DNA from: Epithemia pelagica
Lineage: Eukaryota; Protista; Bacillariophyta
Length of the DNA: 64,000 nucleotides
NCBI GenBank assembly: GCA_946965045.2
Contig: OX337240.1
Coordinates: 558,001-622,000, forward strand
Direction of reading: 5' to 3'
Numbering within the stretch: the first letter of the stretch is position 1; each line of letters begins with the position of its first letter. Of the stretch, positions 44,464 through 55,282 are shown piece after piece. The translations under genes and the position numbers were made by a program. The notes under the pieces are model-generated. The model did no database searches, was not told where the DNA came from, and was given only the letters and a program-made list of their open reading frames with translations.

Positions 44464-44975
44464 ACAACAATGAGGCCTTGCGCGCTGGGGAGGTTTGTTC
44501 AGGAGTCCATCAAGGCCGCATGTCACGACTTTTACAGAACTCGCCCAATGCCTGTTTTTCTGTCGTATTAGCCATTGGCGAATGCAATCAAACGGGAGAC
44601 GTCATGTTGTAGGGGCAGGTGTCCATCGGACAAGCAACGGCAACAACAGGTCATAAAACTCCGTCCTTGGCCTTGGGCGAAGCAGCTGTTCATGTACCAG
44701 GACACTGCGAGACAAATTTAGAGTAGTAACCGCATTGACTTCTGGACGGGCAATAGTGCTCCACGGCTCGTTCGGGTTGTAAAGTGCCTTTTTTCTCCCT
44801 GCAGTCGTTTATATTGTTTTTTGGATCCACATGGGACGAATGGGTTTTGGATTCGTCTGTTTTTTGGTGACATGGAGAATCACCACAGAGACATAGCTTG
44901 GACGTTGTAGTGTTGTTGGAGTAAATGCTTTTCTTTCCGGGCCGTCTTTACTGGGAGTGTGGTTGGTTCGTTCGT

Positions 44976-46448
44976 TTAGGATTCAGTTTGACCAAACAGG
45001 GTTCGTTGAAGCATATTCAGGGTTTGCTTCCACGCCTTGTCGGCGGCTTGGGCTTGATAGGCAAAGGCCTCGTGAGGATTCCAGTCTTGTGCCAGATTGG
45101 TAAACCCATGACGAGCCTGGGACAATTGCAACAAGGAGGTGCGGGCATATCCCAAGTCTTGCAACAAGGCCAAGGCTTGTTCCAAGGATGAGGCCGAAAC
45201 AAAGGGATCCTCCACGCCATGACAAATCAAGACTTCGGCCAATTCGAGTGCTTTCTGAGTCGTGGAATTGGATACGGAGGACGACGAATCAGATGCAGAT
45301 GCATCACGACAGCCATCAAACACCCCATGAAAAGTTGCCATGGCGCGAACCGCGGGGACTTGCAGTTTGGCGACTTGGAGGACGGCATGTCCCCCCAAAC
45401 ACCAGCCCAATACGGCCAGGGGACGACATTCCTGCAGTGTTGAGGATGATGATGATGATTGGACCACGTCCAGAGCGGCTTGCACACGGTCCCGCAACCC
45501 TTGCCGATCCCCGCCCAACAGATTGTCGCGTTCTTGTGTGTATCGCGTACGATCGTCCGCATTCCAGGCCCATCCCGTCTCATCCGACAAGACATCGGCA
45601 ATCAAAACCACCACGTCTTGTCGTTGTTCTTGTGCATCCGACGAGGACGGCTGTGCCACAAATTCATGATTGACAAGGGCCGCCGCCTTGTACAAGAGAA
45701 ACAAATCGTGAGGACCGGCTCCGGTATGAAAGAAAATGACAGCCGGTGTGGTGGTGCTCGTCGCCGAGACGGGAGACGTGTCGTCGTCACGTGAAACAGA
45801 AGAAGAGGGTGGACGACGAATCCAATGACCATACAGGGGTGTGGTGGTTGTCGTGCCATCCTTGTTTGTTGTGGTATACGTATACCGACACTGACACCAT
45901 TCGGCTTCCCACACGGTATCGGAAGTGGCTTCTTCTTGTTTCCATGCCTCCAAGACGGCTTGGGCGTAGGCGACATCTTTGGCCAATTGGGGTTGGCCGT
46001 CCTCTTGTGGTTGACACAGTGTTTGTTCCAACAAACAGGGTGCCGCCACCAAGGATTCTGGATTTAACGACGTCCACTCGGACAATTGAACGCTCGTCGT
46101 GATTGCAGCGTTGTCGTCGTTGTTGCTGCTTTGCAATGCCAAACGAGAGGAAGAAGAAGAAGTTGCCATGGTACCACGAGACCCTGTTCGTGTTCGTCTT
46201 CTTCTTTTTGCGCTTTCACTGCTCACTGGGAGATGCACTTGACTCTTTGTGTCACACCACGAATGGCCGCGATTCGGATAGTGTCTGCGCACTAAAAAGG
46301 CCGCAGTGTGGGGAACCAACCGCCAGGACGAGTCGGATCGAGTCGATGCAACCACAACAACAACACCAACACTACTTGCCAACAACACTGCCTTTATCAA
46401 TACTACTACTGCAACAATCCCAGACGACGAGAACGACAGTATACGCAT
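44976..46448 (-). CDS. Dienelactone hydrolase family protein, copy 1, with an N-terminal signal/transit-like presequence
   Basis: GWCLGG nucleophile elbow, FHG, ICHGVEDPFV, ARHGFTN, AADKAW. Confidence 0.9.
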   Translation of the reverse strand: MRILSFSSSGIVAVVVLIKAVLLASSVGVVVVVASTRSDSSWRLVPHTAAFLVRRHYPNRGHSWCDTKSQVHLPVSSESAKRRRRTRTGSRGTMATSSSSSRLALQSSNNDDNAAITTSVQLSEWTSLNPESLVAAPCLLEQTLCQPQEDGQPQLAKDVAYAQAVLEAWKQEEATSDTVWEAEWCQCRYTYTTTNKDGTTTTTPLYGHWIRRPPSSSVSRDDDTSPVSATSTTTPAVIFFHTGAGPHDLFLLYKAAALVNHEFVAQPSSSDAQEQRQDVVVLIADVLSDETGWAWNADDRTRYTQERDNLLGGDRQGLRDRVQAALDVVQSSSSSSTLQECRPLAVLGWCLGGHAVLQVAKLQVPAVRAMATFHGVFDGCRDASASDSSSSVSNSTTQKALELAEVLICHGVEDPFVSASSLEQALALLQDLGYARTSLLQLSQARHGFTNLAQDWNPHEAFAYQAQAADKAWKQTLNMLQRTLFGQTES

Positions 46449-46528
46449 GATCCTTATCGTTGGTGGGTGTCAACAGCAATGGAGTGATGGCTGCGGATGA
46501 CGGATACTCGAAACTCGAACGCACCTTG

Positions 46529-46545
46529 GTGGATCTTGCAGTTTG
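46529..46545. repeat. Left 17-bp TSD of the non-LTR element
   Basis: GTGGATCTTGCAGTTTG, repeated at 54671-54687; a single copy sits at the empty paralogous site 60271-60287. Confidence 0.95.
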
Positions 46546-46669
46546 GAAAAAAAAAATAAAACTGGAAATCTATTATAACGCTGCCGCACGCACCACGCAT
46601 GATGACGCCGACCGACGCGCCGGGCCTAGAAAACTAGGCGAGGACTAAATAGGGTAGCTTGAGAGGAGC

Positions 46670-49600
46670 TCAAGCTAGTCCAGCATAATGAAGGATGACG
46701 GGACGCCATGTGTTGAGCCAGGTATGTAGTTGTGTGGAAGTGGTTTCGTGAAGGAAATGTGTTGCTGTGGAATCATAAAAGAAGATGCGGTCAGTCGGAG
46801 GAACAGACGGTTGTAAAAGATACAACTCGACAATCTCGCGGCGGGCCTGGTTGAGAGCGGCGGCTTCTCGGGTGGGAGCATTATGGCCATGAACATCAAG
46901 GTTACGACGTGTCCACAGGTTGTGAACATGTTGCCATATGATTTTGATAGTACCGCAAATAGAACGGTGACCAGAAAACTTGATAGGATTCAGTTCATGG
47001 GTAGAAACGAAAGCATCTTGGAGACGGATCCAGTCTTTAACAAAACGACCAAGAAATACTTGATCCCAGCCAACGAGTGTTTGGCGGGTAATCAAGACCT
47101 GATATTGAGGAGGTACAGTTGGGAGAACAATTGGGGTATCAGCTAGCCAAAGGCGCATAACTTCACGGAGAATGGTAGCAAGGTGTGGATCAAATGAGTT
47201 CTCAGTCCAGAACGAATTGAGTTCATCAAACATTGGACCGGTCCAATTCCGTCTAGATGGGCAACGAAGAAAGTGGGAGCGGTTTTCTGGAATGGTTGGA
47301 CAATTAGGGCACATACACGTGTAGTGGGTTGCGTAGTGTTGTTTGAGGGTCCCGACTGGCAGCCAGTTGTGAACATACTTGGTGAGAAAGTGGCGGCGGT
47401 GGAAGTTGGCGCGTATAACGGAACCGTGTGTATCCCAGCAAATCGAATCAAAGACTGCTGGTGACCAATGATGTTTTGTTTGCAGGTACTCGGTAATCAC
47501 CGGATCGCTTGAGAGACGGCGTAGAGTGCTTCTGTAGTTAGAAGTGATGGTCCCAGAAGGGCCATGTAACGCGGCAACAGTGCCAGTAATAAGTGGGCAG
47601 AACCGTGACGAGAGGGTCGAGGGGTAACAGTAATTGCCAGCTAAGCGGTCGGCTTGTACATTCAACTGGGCTTCGAGAGAGAGTGTCTCATATGGATGAT
47701 AACGATCTTGATGTGCTTTGACATGACTGAGCGGAGGAATCGAAGGAAACTGACGCAACGTGTAAATGATCGACTGGTGCAAGTCCCAGTCAGGATCCAT
47801 TGTTGAGTAGGGATATTCAACTTGCCATTCAAGCCTTTGGCTGACAGTCTCAATCATACTTAAGGAGTCCGTGTAGAAATGAAGGTCACCGGGGAGAGGC
47901 TGATGATGAAAAAGGCACAGATGGTAGATGGAACGGAGCAAAGACAAATAACCATAGCTTTCTGCTCGGAACAAAGATGTCCTGAACCCTGGAGCAGGGC
48001 CGGCCAATTCAAACAGGCGTTTGTTATCATGAGAGACGCATACGGCACCGAAACTCCCAGTAAAAAGAGCCACAGAACCATCACTGCATAAGACGAGACC
48101 ATTGTTGAATTGTTCGAACAGAGTAGTAGGAGAGCAACAGAGAACAAATCCGGAAAGAAGATCTTGTTCCCACTTGGGTAGAGTTGTCACATGGGAAGCA
48201 AATGTACTAGGAATTTCTGGTGGTACAGGATCCAGACGGTGACTATACTTGTGGAGAATCCTTTGATTGAATGGAGCAGGTGTCGTTGTGACAGGGACAG
48301 CGGCTGCTGGGACAATGAGAGTGAGTTGGTCCGTCGGTGAGAACCAGCCGTAAAAAGTTTCTTGATAGATACGGTAGTTGGCGCCGTCAAGGATAAACAG
48401 TCGTGAGGATTGTTCACACAAGTAGCAGTGCCATTTCCGAAGTGTTGAATAGCCGGTCTTCAACCATTTGCCCAAAGGCTGATTGAGTTGTCTATCGGTG
48501 TTGCCAGTGGTGAGTGTTGAAAGAAATTTCGGCCACAGGTTCCATGCTTTGGTGCTCGGATAATCTTGGTAGGCTGTTAGTCCTCGTAGAGTAGAATGTT
48601 GTAGTTGTAGACCGAGGGTGGGTGCTAAGGATAGGGATTCCCCGTTGCAGGTAGTAATATCACTAACCAGGGTGATACCGAGGTACAATCGGCATGCATT
48701 GAGCAGTTGAAGATCCAATGGTTTGGTCGTAAATTGCAATGCATGATCCATGACAAACGAATCGGTCTCTCTTTGCAGGGGTATGATGAAATCTTGTGCA
48801 AGTTCAATTCGGCAATCCACAGTAGCTAAGAAGGATCGTAGAGAGGGAAGCCACATCATAGGAGCGAGATGAGGAAGTGGAGTCTTTACATCGTCAAGAA
48901 TAGAGACACTTGTACCTGCGAGCCATTGACCCCAGGACACGGTAATATGAGCAAGATCAGACGGCAAGCCTTGTGACCGTAAGCAAGCAAGGAACATGTA
49001 TACTTGGGAAATACCACGCTCGGTGGTTAAAGATCGGAGACCAATACCTCCATAATCGGGAGAACCGTATACGATAGCATTTGGAGTGCACCTATTATAA
49101 CCGCATTTTGGTAACAGAGCTTTCCTGAATTGTCGTTGAAGGGCTTTACAGTGCTTGTCACAGAGGGATGATGACAGCATTGGGTAGGTAATGCTTGGTA
49201 AGTATACGGAATGATAATACGCCCATGCGTCTGTTCGATTAAACGGGCTCCGTGCCATGACACTGGTATGATGACTGTTTTTCTTGGCTAGAGCATGGAA
49301 GAGACTTCGGTCGGTTGAAGCCGGTGATTTCATTACACCAAGTGTTTTATGGCTTTGATAAGCAGAGAGTTGCTTAAGCGGATGCGGTGAATTGTTGTTG
49401 TTAAACTGTATGCTGATACAAGGTCCAATCTGGCCATTGCAAAGGTACGGTAGCCCATCAATTGTAAAGTCAAAGTATAGGAAGTGATAGGAGCATTTGG
49501 TATCTTCCAAAGCTCCACCCGATACTCGTAGAACATCATTCCACCTTTGTGCATCCTTGGTAGCCTTGACGATGTAATGTTCCGGTGACTGACGCTTGGG

Positions 49601-52600
49601 CAAGTTGAAGTCGTTCGTACTCCCGCTGGTGTCATCCACGAATCCTATCATAAAAACTTGAGCCTCAATCTCTCCTTGTGGAGAACGAAATGTCGCTCCA
49701 TGAGCCTTTTCATCGTACGCATGAAAAAGTACCGAACTGATTACACACCATATTCCTGGAGAGTTTCCTGCTCCCTGTCCGGAACCGTAGATTGGGAAAA
49801 GTTTGCAGTGTTTGTAAAACTTCTCTGATACACCAAGTTGCGTCTTGAGGTAGTATTTTGCATCCTCTAGAGTTGCAGCATTGATAAATACCACTGATCG
49901 ATGCTGGCCATAGGATCGAGATGCTAGACTGCCAAACGACATCACGATTCTGTCGTAGCACGCCGTTGCATCGTAGTCGAGGTGGACTAGCGGCCGTTTG
50001 CTCGCGCGGCTAATCTCATATTGGAACTCTTCCAACATGGCTGGATGGATAGCGTCTTTTCCTGGAACTCCACCGAACTGTTGGGGATGTAAAAGTTGAT
50101 TGTTAGAGCCGTTGCGTATCATCTGTCTCCATTTCACTGCTAGGATCAGGTTATAATCCTGTTCATACAGGTGTATAACTCTTAGACGGTGAATCTGATG
50201 ATTGTTTGGTTCCTTCAATATCATCACGTTGACGATATGTTTCCATCGTGAAAGGCTGTAGCGATGGCTGATAGCTAGATTGAGCATTGCCACTCACTTG
50301 CCATTCGATGAGTTGTTGTTGTTGATGTTCCAATTGGATTGTTGTTTCTTTGTCATCTTCGATGGCGATGGGAGTGACTAGTGCCTTGCTATGTGAAAGA
50401 TGGAATCCTGAAGGAGAAGTGGAAGTCTTTTCCGGCCATGATCGAATTTTCTCTTTCCACTCTTCTATGGTGATCGTGTCCTTGATTTCATCAAGGTTTG
50501 TGCGAGCTTGCAAATGATGTATCACGTCCAGAGTTACCGAGTCCAATTCGTTTGTATTCCACTGTCCCTCGAGAATAAGATCTGCTACATGAGTAGATGC
50601 GCCCCAATCTACCCATTCTGAGAATGGCGGCCGGGTTGGGAACAAACCATCAGCTTGGCCGAAATGGGTTTGGTTGCGTTGTAGGAGACGACTCTCTATC
50701 TCTTCTGGTGTGTCAATGCTAATCCAATCCACGCAAGACTTGTAGTTGACATCGTCAGGATCAGCCGGTACGTCCAGTCTCGTGATACCTGCTTTCTCAG
50801 CTCCTCGACATTGACGAATCTTTCTGTACATACTCTTGGTTCTTTCGGCTGCCATAAGGTTCTTGATAAGTTTAGCCTTTTTCTTGTTGCCCTTTGCTTC
50901 TGCGTCCTTAAGTTGTATTAATTGTTCATTCTGACGATGGAAGACGGCGTCTTTAGTTGATTGGCGGATCTGTTGTTGGATTTGTTTGCATAGTGTTTGA
51001 CATTCGGCCAGAGTCGTTGGTATTTCGAAGTCTTCATCTTGTTCTCTGTATCTTGCGATCGCTTCTTCGAATGATCGTTTTAGTCGGATAGATGATATTG
51101 TCTTGAGTAACACGTTCTTTCGACGGCGTAGAGTTGCCAATTCCGACGAGAATGCTATGTTTCTAGGCTTTCTTGTACATTGTTTCGCTCCAAATATCCC
51201 GGCGCGTTGAAAGTCCCCATCAAGTTGTTCCTGCACCTGTGGTGTCCATAGAGTTTTAGCTCTCTCCAGTCGTGTCCCGAAGTTATGTTCGCTAAGATAG
51301 CGGTGTTTTGCAGTGACATACTGTCGAACAGCGACAGGGTCCTTTGCAGTGAATTCTCTGCAGGGCAATGGCGCTAAGGACTGGGTTTTGTTTCCAAAAA
51401 GAGCCAGGGTGTCCAAATCGAGTATCATACCTCTGTGATCTCCGCTTCCTCGAAATTTAAAAGGTTCGTAGCAAGCTTGCCGAACAGCGTTTGCTACTCC
51501 TTCACTTGCCAAAATAAAGTCGATTCTCTCCTGTCCCATCACGTGTGTACCGAAGTCTGAGTATCCTATTTGTTGTTGCATCACATCCACCAGATTGCAT
51601 TGCGATCCAAGTGCTGACATTCCTTCTCCTGAGTCTGACATTGGTTCGTTGAAGTCTCCTAACAACAAAATTTCACATTGTTGGTCTTGGTATCGTAGGA
51701 TAAATTCTTTCAGGTCCATTATGAATGCTTCTCGTGGGGATTCCCGTCGTCCTTGAACTAATAGCATGCTAGATTGCTGGGCTGATGCTGTATATGATCG
51801 GACTGTCGTGTTTCCGTCATTGTCAGTGTAAGTGATCGTCTGTTTACAGACTTGGTATGCTGCTACGACCAACAGCTTCTTGTTGTTCTTACAACTCATC
51901 AGTTGAAATGACCAGCGACCGAGTGAGTCGCTGCCTTGATCCATAATTCTGGCTGTAATACTGCCTTGTGAGCCCATGAGTGTGCCCCCTGGTTTGTAGT
52001 ACCGTTTTCGTGCTGGTATGTTGCTGCTCCCGAACGTTGTTTTTGAGAATTCAAAGTGCTTTCTTGTGGTATTGTGGATGATATTCTTGACAGCGGATTT
52101 TGTCGAATCAATGTTGGTTTCCGCTACTCCCCAAGTGTCGGCTTGTAGTTTTTGCATTTCTAATAAGAATTCTGCGTACTCGCCGCCATTTTCGCTGAGG
52201 GTGAATCCATTTATGTTGGCAAAGTAGATTCTGAAACGATCTTCCTCTTTCTCATTTTCTTTAATTTCGTCCCCGATGAAAGGATTTGTTGCTAAATTTT
52301 CGGCCGCCGTTGTATTGTCTTCTGAAATGGTTGAGTTGATGCTGCTTTGTGAGCCACTATCTTGTGTCTGGCTTGTGTTATGATTGGTCGCGTGAGTGTC
52401 ATCGTTTGCTTGTGTAGAGTCAGTTGCTTGTTTGGAGTTGGTTGCTTGTCTAGTGTCTGTGGCTTGTCTGGAGTCAGTTGTTCTTCTAGGATTGATTGCT
52501 TGTCTGGTATCGGTTGCTTGTCTGGCATCAGTTGCATGTCTGGAATCGGTTCCTGTGTTGGCATTTGTTGGACAATTTGTTGGTTGTGGTTCGTTGAGTA

Positions 52601-52694
52601 AATGTATTGTTGTTGATTTTTCTAAGCTATTCAGTACTTGCAGATAGTTGTTGTTTGTTGCTAAGTAAGTGTTGTTTCCTCTACGACCGCTCAT
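46670..52694 (-). pseudogene. ORF2 (AP endonuclease, RT, RNase H) split by a 4-bp duplication at 50291-50298
   Basis: APE motifs FANINGF, GVAETN, GRWS, LLGDFN, RIDFIL, SGDHRG; RT motifs RLRVIHLYE, HPQQFGG, DYDATACYDRI, GSGQGAGNSP, GFVDD; RNase H motifs CSDGS, RAESYG, YTDS, HVKAHQD, NVQADRLA. ATG at 52694 overlaps the ORF1 stop. Confidence 0.92.
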
Positions 52695-54546
52695 CGGTGA
52701 CACTGTCGTAACCACTAACATCCAAGTTAGACGGATGTAGCGTCATACTCACGTCCACTGGACCGTGAGAGGCATTTGTCTGTTCCGTGGCCTGAGATCC
52801 TTCTGTTGAGGCGGCAGACGGTGTTGTTGGTTGTTGTCCATAGGACTGTAGGAGACGTTGCTCGAGTGCTTGAAAACGAGCTTCAGCTGCTGCGTTTAGC
52901 GCTGAGATGATTCGGTCAATATCTGACGCTGGAACTTGTCCTTGCGGTAGAGGAGGGGATTGAACTTGGCCTTGTGGAGTGTATTGCACATGTTCTTGAT
53001 TGGAAGGAGTATTAAATGTGTTGGTCGGCGGTTGTCCTTGAGTGGCAGAATTTTCGGCTTGTTGCTGTTCGCTTGTCTCCTGTCCTTTTGCACGACGCAA
53101 TTGTTCTCGTAGGTCTGCATTCTCTTTTTCTAAACGAGCGTTTTCCGCCATCACACGCTTGTCGCGTTCGTCATTTGTGGTCAGTTGACTCGGCGTTGCA
53201 GAGGATCTTCTGGTTTCCACGACTCTCGGAATGTTGAGGACAGTCTTTACGTTGGTAGGGCTAATCCAGGCTTGAGTGACTGCTGATGACCCGGATGGCG
53301 GCTTTCCTCGAGCATCATTTGCTTCATCATCATCGTCTAGCATGTTTTCTTTTGCATACATTGAGGCGCATGAGGATAAGTACGTTTTGTAGGAGACTTC
53401 GTTGGTGTCGTCATCGTCTACGATTCGGCGTTTGTGCTTAAACGCAACTCTAGCGGGTTGCGGCAGGTTTCCTGGACTCCTGTTCTCGTTTTGAATAATT
53501 TCTTGGACCCAATTGGCAATCGATTCATCCAATTTGTCCGCGACAAAATCGAAGTTAGCTTCTGTTGTATGAACATTCCAACGTCCCTTTTCCTCCAGTT
53601 TCTTGTGTCTTGAAATTTCGGTAACTCCTTCGATTTGGAAGATGTTCGCTTCGAGGTAGAACATAATGTCTTCGTTAACTCCTTCGATAGGCACCACTTT
53701 GTGTTCTGAGAGAAAATCGTTTTGGGCATAAATCGATTCCAAGTAATACGTTCGGCTCTCGTCGCTCTCATGTTTAAAACGGTGGAACATGAACTGAGGA
53801 TCCTTCTTGAACGTTTCGTTTAGGAGGCGTAGCATCTCCTTTGCGTCTTCTTGTCGGCATTGGAGACCGTATGCCTTTGTCGAGCGATAGCGGTTCCGGA
53901 GAGTATATGTAAACGGTGACGAAAAATGGATACGAAATTTTGGAACCTTCTTTTCCGGGCACTTAGTTTGCTTGTAGATTTCTTTGAAAAGCCTTTCGGT
54001 TACTTCGCTCTCCGTTGTGTTGGCAGGATCGATTCCGACGAAAAACCCGATGTTTGAGATACGCGTCTCATCTTCTTTCCAGTGATGCACTAGCATTTTT
54101 CCTTTGTGTTCTTTCAACCGTTGCTCTACTGAATGATGGCGTCGGATCTGGCTGATCGGAACTCTTGAATGGATACGATGAAAGATTAGATACAGGGGGT
54201 CTCGCTGCTTCTTGTCATTTCCTTTCATAAAGTGCAATTCGTAGTTTCTTGCGTAATCGTTGTAATTCTTCAGGGTGTTGAGATCTTTTACTTTCCTCCC
54301 ATGATTGTTAAAAATCGTGACCTCTGGGTAAACTTGCCGAATGACTTGTAGGACTGAGAAGTGGGTTGATGCGACCTTGGTGTTTTCATTTTTATCAGGG
54401 CGAAAGAGAAACTTAACTACGTATTCTTTTTCTTCGCCTTCGTAATGGACTTTCTTGTTATCGACGTCTGTTGTATTATAACTTGCTTCGTCCATCTCTT
54501 GGTCCTTGGAGGAAGGATTTCGGGCCTCTTGGCCGTCGTTGGCCAT
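52681..54546 (-). CDS. ORF1 protein of the non-LTR element (621 aa)
   Basis: Intact ORF directly upstream of ORF2 within the TSD-bounded element. Confidence 0.85.
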   Translation of the reverse strand: MANDGQEARNPSSKDQEMDEASYNTTDVDNKKVHYEGEEKEYVVKFLFRPDKNENTKVASTHFSVLQVIRQVYPEVTIFNNHGRKVKDLNTLKNYNDYARNYELHFMKGNDKKQRDPLYLIFHRIHSRVPISQIRRHHSVEQRLKEHKGKMLVHHWKEDETRISNIGFFVGIDPANTTESEVTERLFKEIYKQTKCPEKKVPKFRIHFSSPFTYTLRNRYRSTKAYGLQCRQEDAKEMLRLLNETFKKDPQFMFHRFKHESDESRTYYLESIYAQNDFLSEHKVVPIEGVNEDIMFYLEANIFQIEGVTEISRHKKLEEKGRWNVHTTEANFDFVADKLDESIANWVQEIIQNENRSPGNLPQPARVAFKHKRRIVDDDDTNEVSYKTYLSSCASMYAKENMLDDDDEANDARGKPPSGSSAVTQAWISPTNVKTVLNIPRVVETRRSSATPSQLTTNDERDKRVMAENARLEKENADLREQLRRAKGQETSEQQQAENSATQGQPPTNTFNTPSNQEHVQYTPQGQVQSPPLPQGQVPASDIDRIISALNAAAEARFQALEQRLLQSYGQQPTTPSAASTEGSQATEQTNASHGPVDVSMTLHPSNLDVSGYDSVTDERS

Positions 54547-54670
54547 GGTGGTCGTAGAGGTGCGCCAGCGGCTACGTAGCGCTCAGTACTGAGTCTACTA
54601 AGATTTCAAAATACCAATGACGACTCACTGAGTAGCGAGGGCTTTCACTTTTGCCTGAACTCAGAATTGT

Positions 54671-54687
54671 GTGGATCTTGCAGTTTG
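54671..54687. repeat. Right 17-bp TSD of the non-LTR element
   Basis: GTGGATCTTGCAGTTTG. Confidence 0.95.
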
Positions 54688-55282
54688 AGGTCATGCGATA
54701 CCATTTTTCGGTCGCACAAATATCCCCAAAAATTGGGTCCCCCAATCCCACAATTTCTTTCAATGGCCCCTCGTTTACTGCGCACGCGTCGTCCTACTTG
54801 GTTCGTCTATGTGGCCCCTTGTCACAAGCGGGCTGTCCCCCCGCTCCATGTTTCCGAGAGTAATGGCGCCAGGGCAGTCGGTCGACCGTACCCTAGCGGG
54901 TAGGCGCGGCAGCTGGTAGCATAGACTATTCCCTTTTTGTAGGTCACACGCGGTTGGGAGGAACTTTCTACGCGCATCCCAAACCACTTTCTCGTCTATG
55001 AAAACTTGTTCGCGAACGCACTGGGACAATGTCGCTCCTACTGTTTGCATAATACTAACTAGTCCGGGATCCCAAAAAAATTCGATACCGCCAAACGATA
55101 AACAATTATGTGAGAGTGAGTACAATAATAGTCTAGAGTACTTAGTGAAAAAGTGAAAGTGGGCACAAAAAATAATAATCTCTTTAGAGACGACCCGCCA
55201 CACAACAAGGATATCTTGTTTGTGTTATGCGTCTTGTGATTCCTTTCAATGTTGTTGGTATCTCTTTCTCTCTTGATCCTCC

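Larger units (their letters stand above)
41628..46545. repeat. Copy 1 of the tandem segmental duplication (continues at 54688-55363 after the LINE)
   Basis: Near-identical to 55364-60287, with an offset of 13736 bp that rises to 13742 across the DLH gene. Confidence 0.95.
46546..54670 (-). mobile_element. Full-length non-LTR retrotransposon (ORF1 plus APE-RT-RNaseH; Ambal-like architecture), 8125 bp
   Basis: Bounded by the 17-bp TSD; 124-nt 5' UTR; two ORFs; 3' UTR with hairpins and a T-rich end. Confidence 0.95.
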
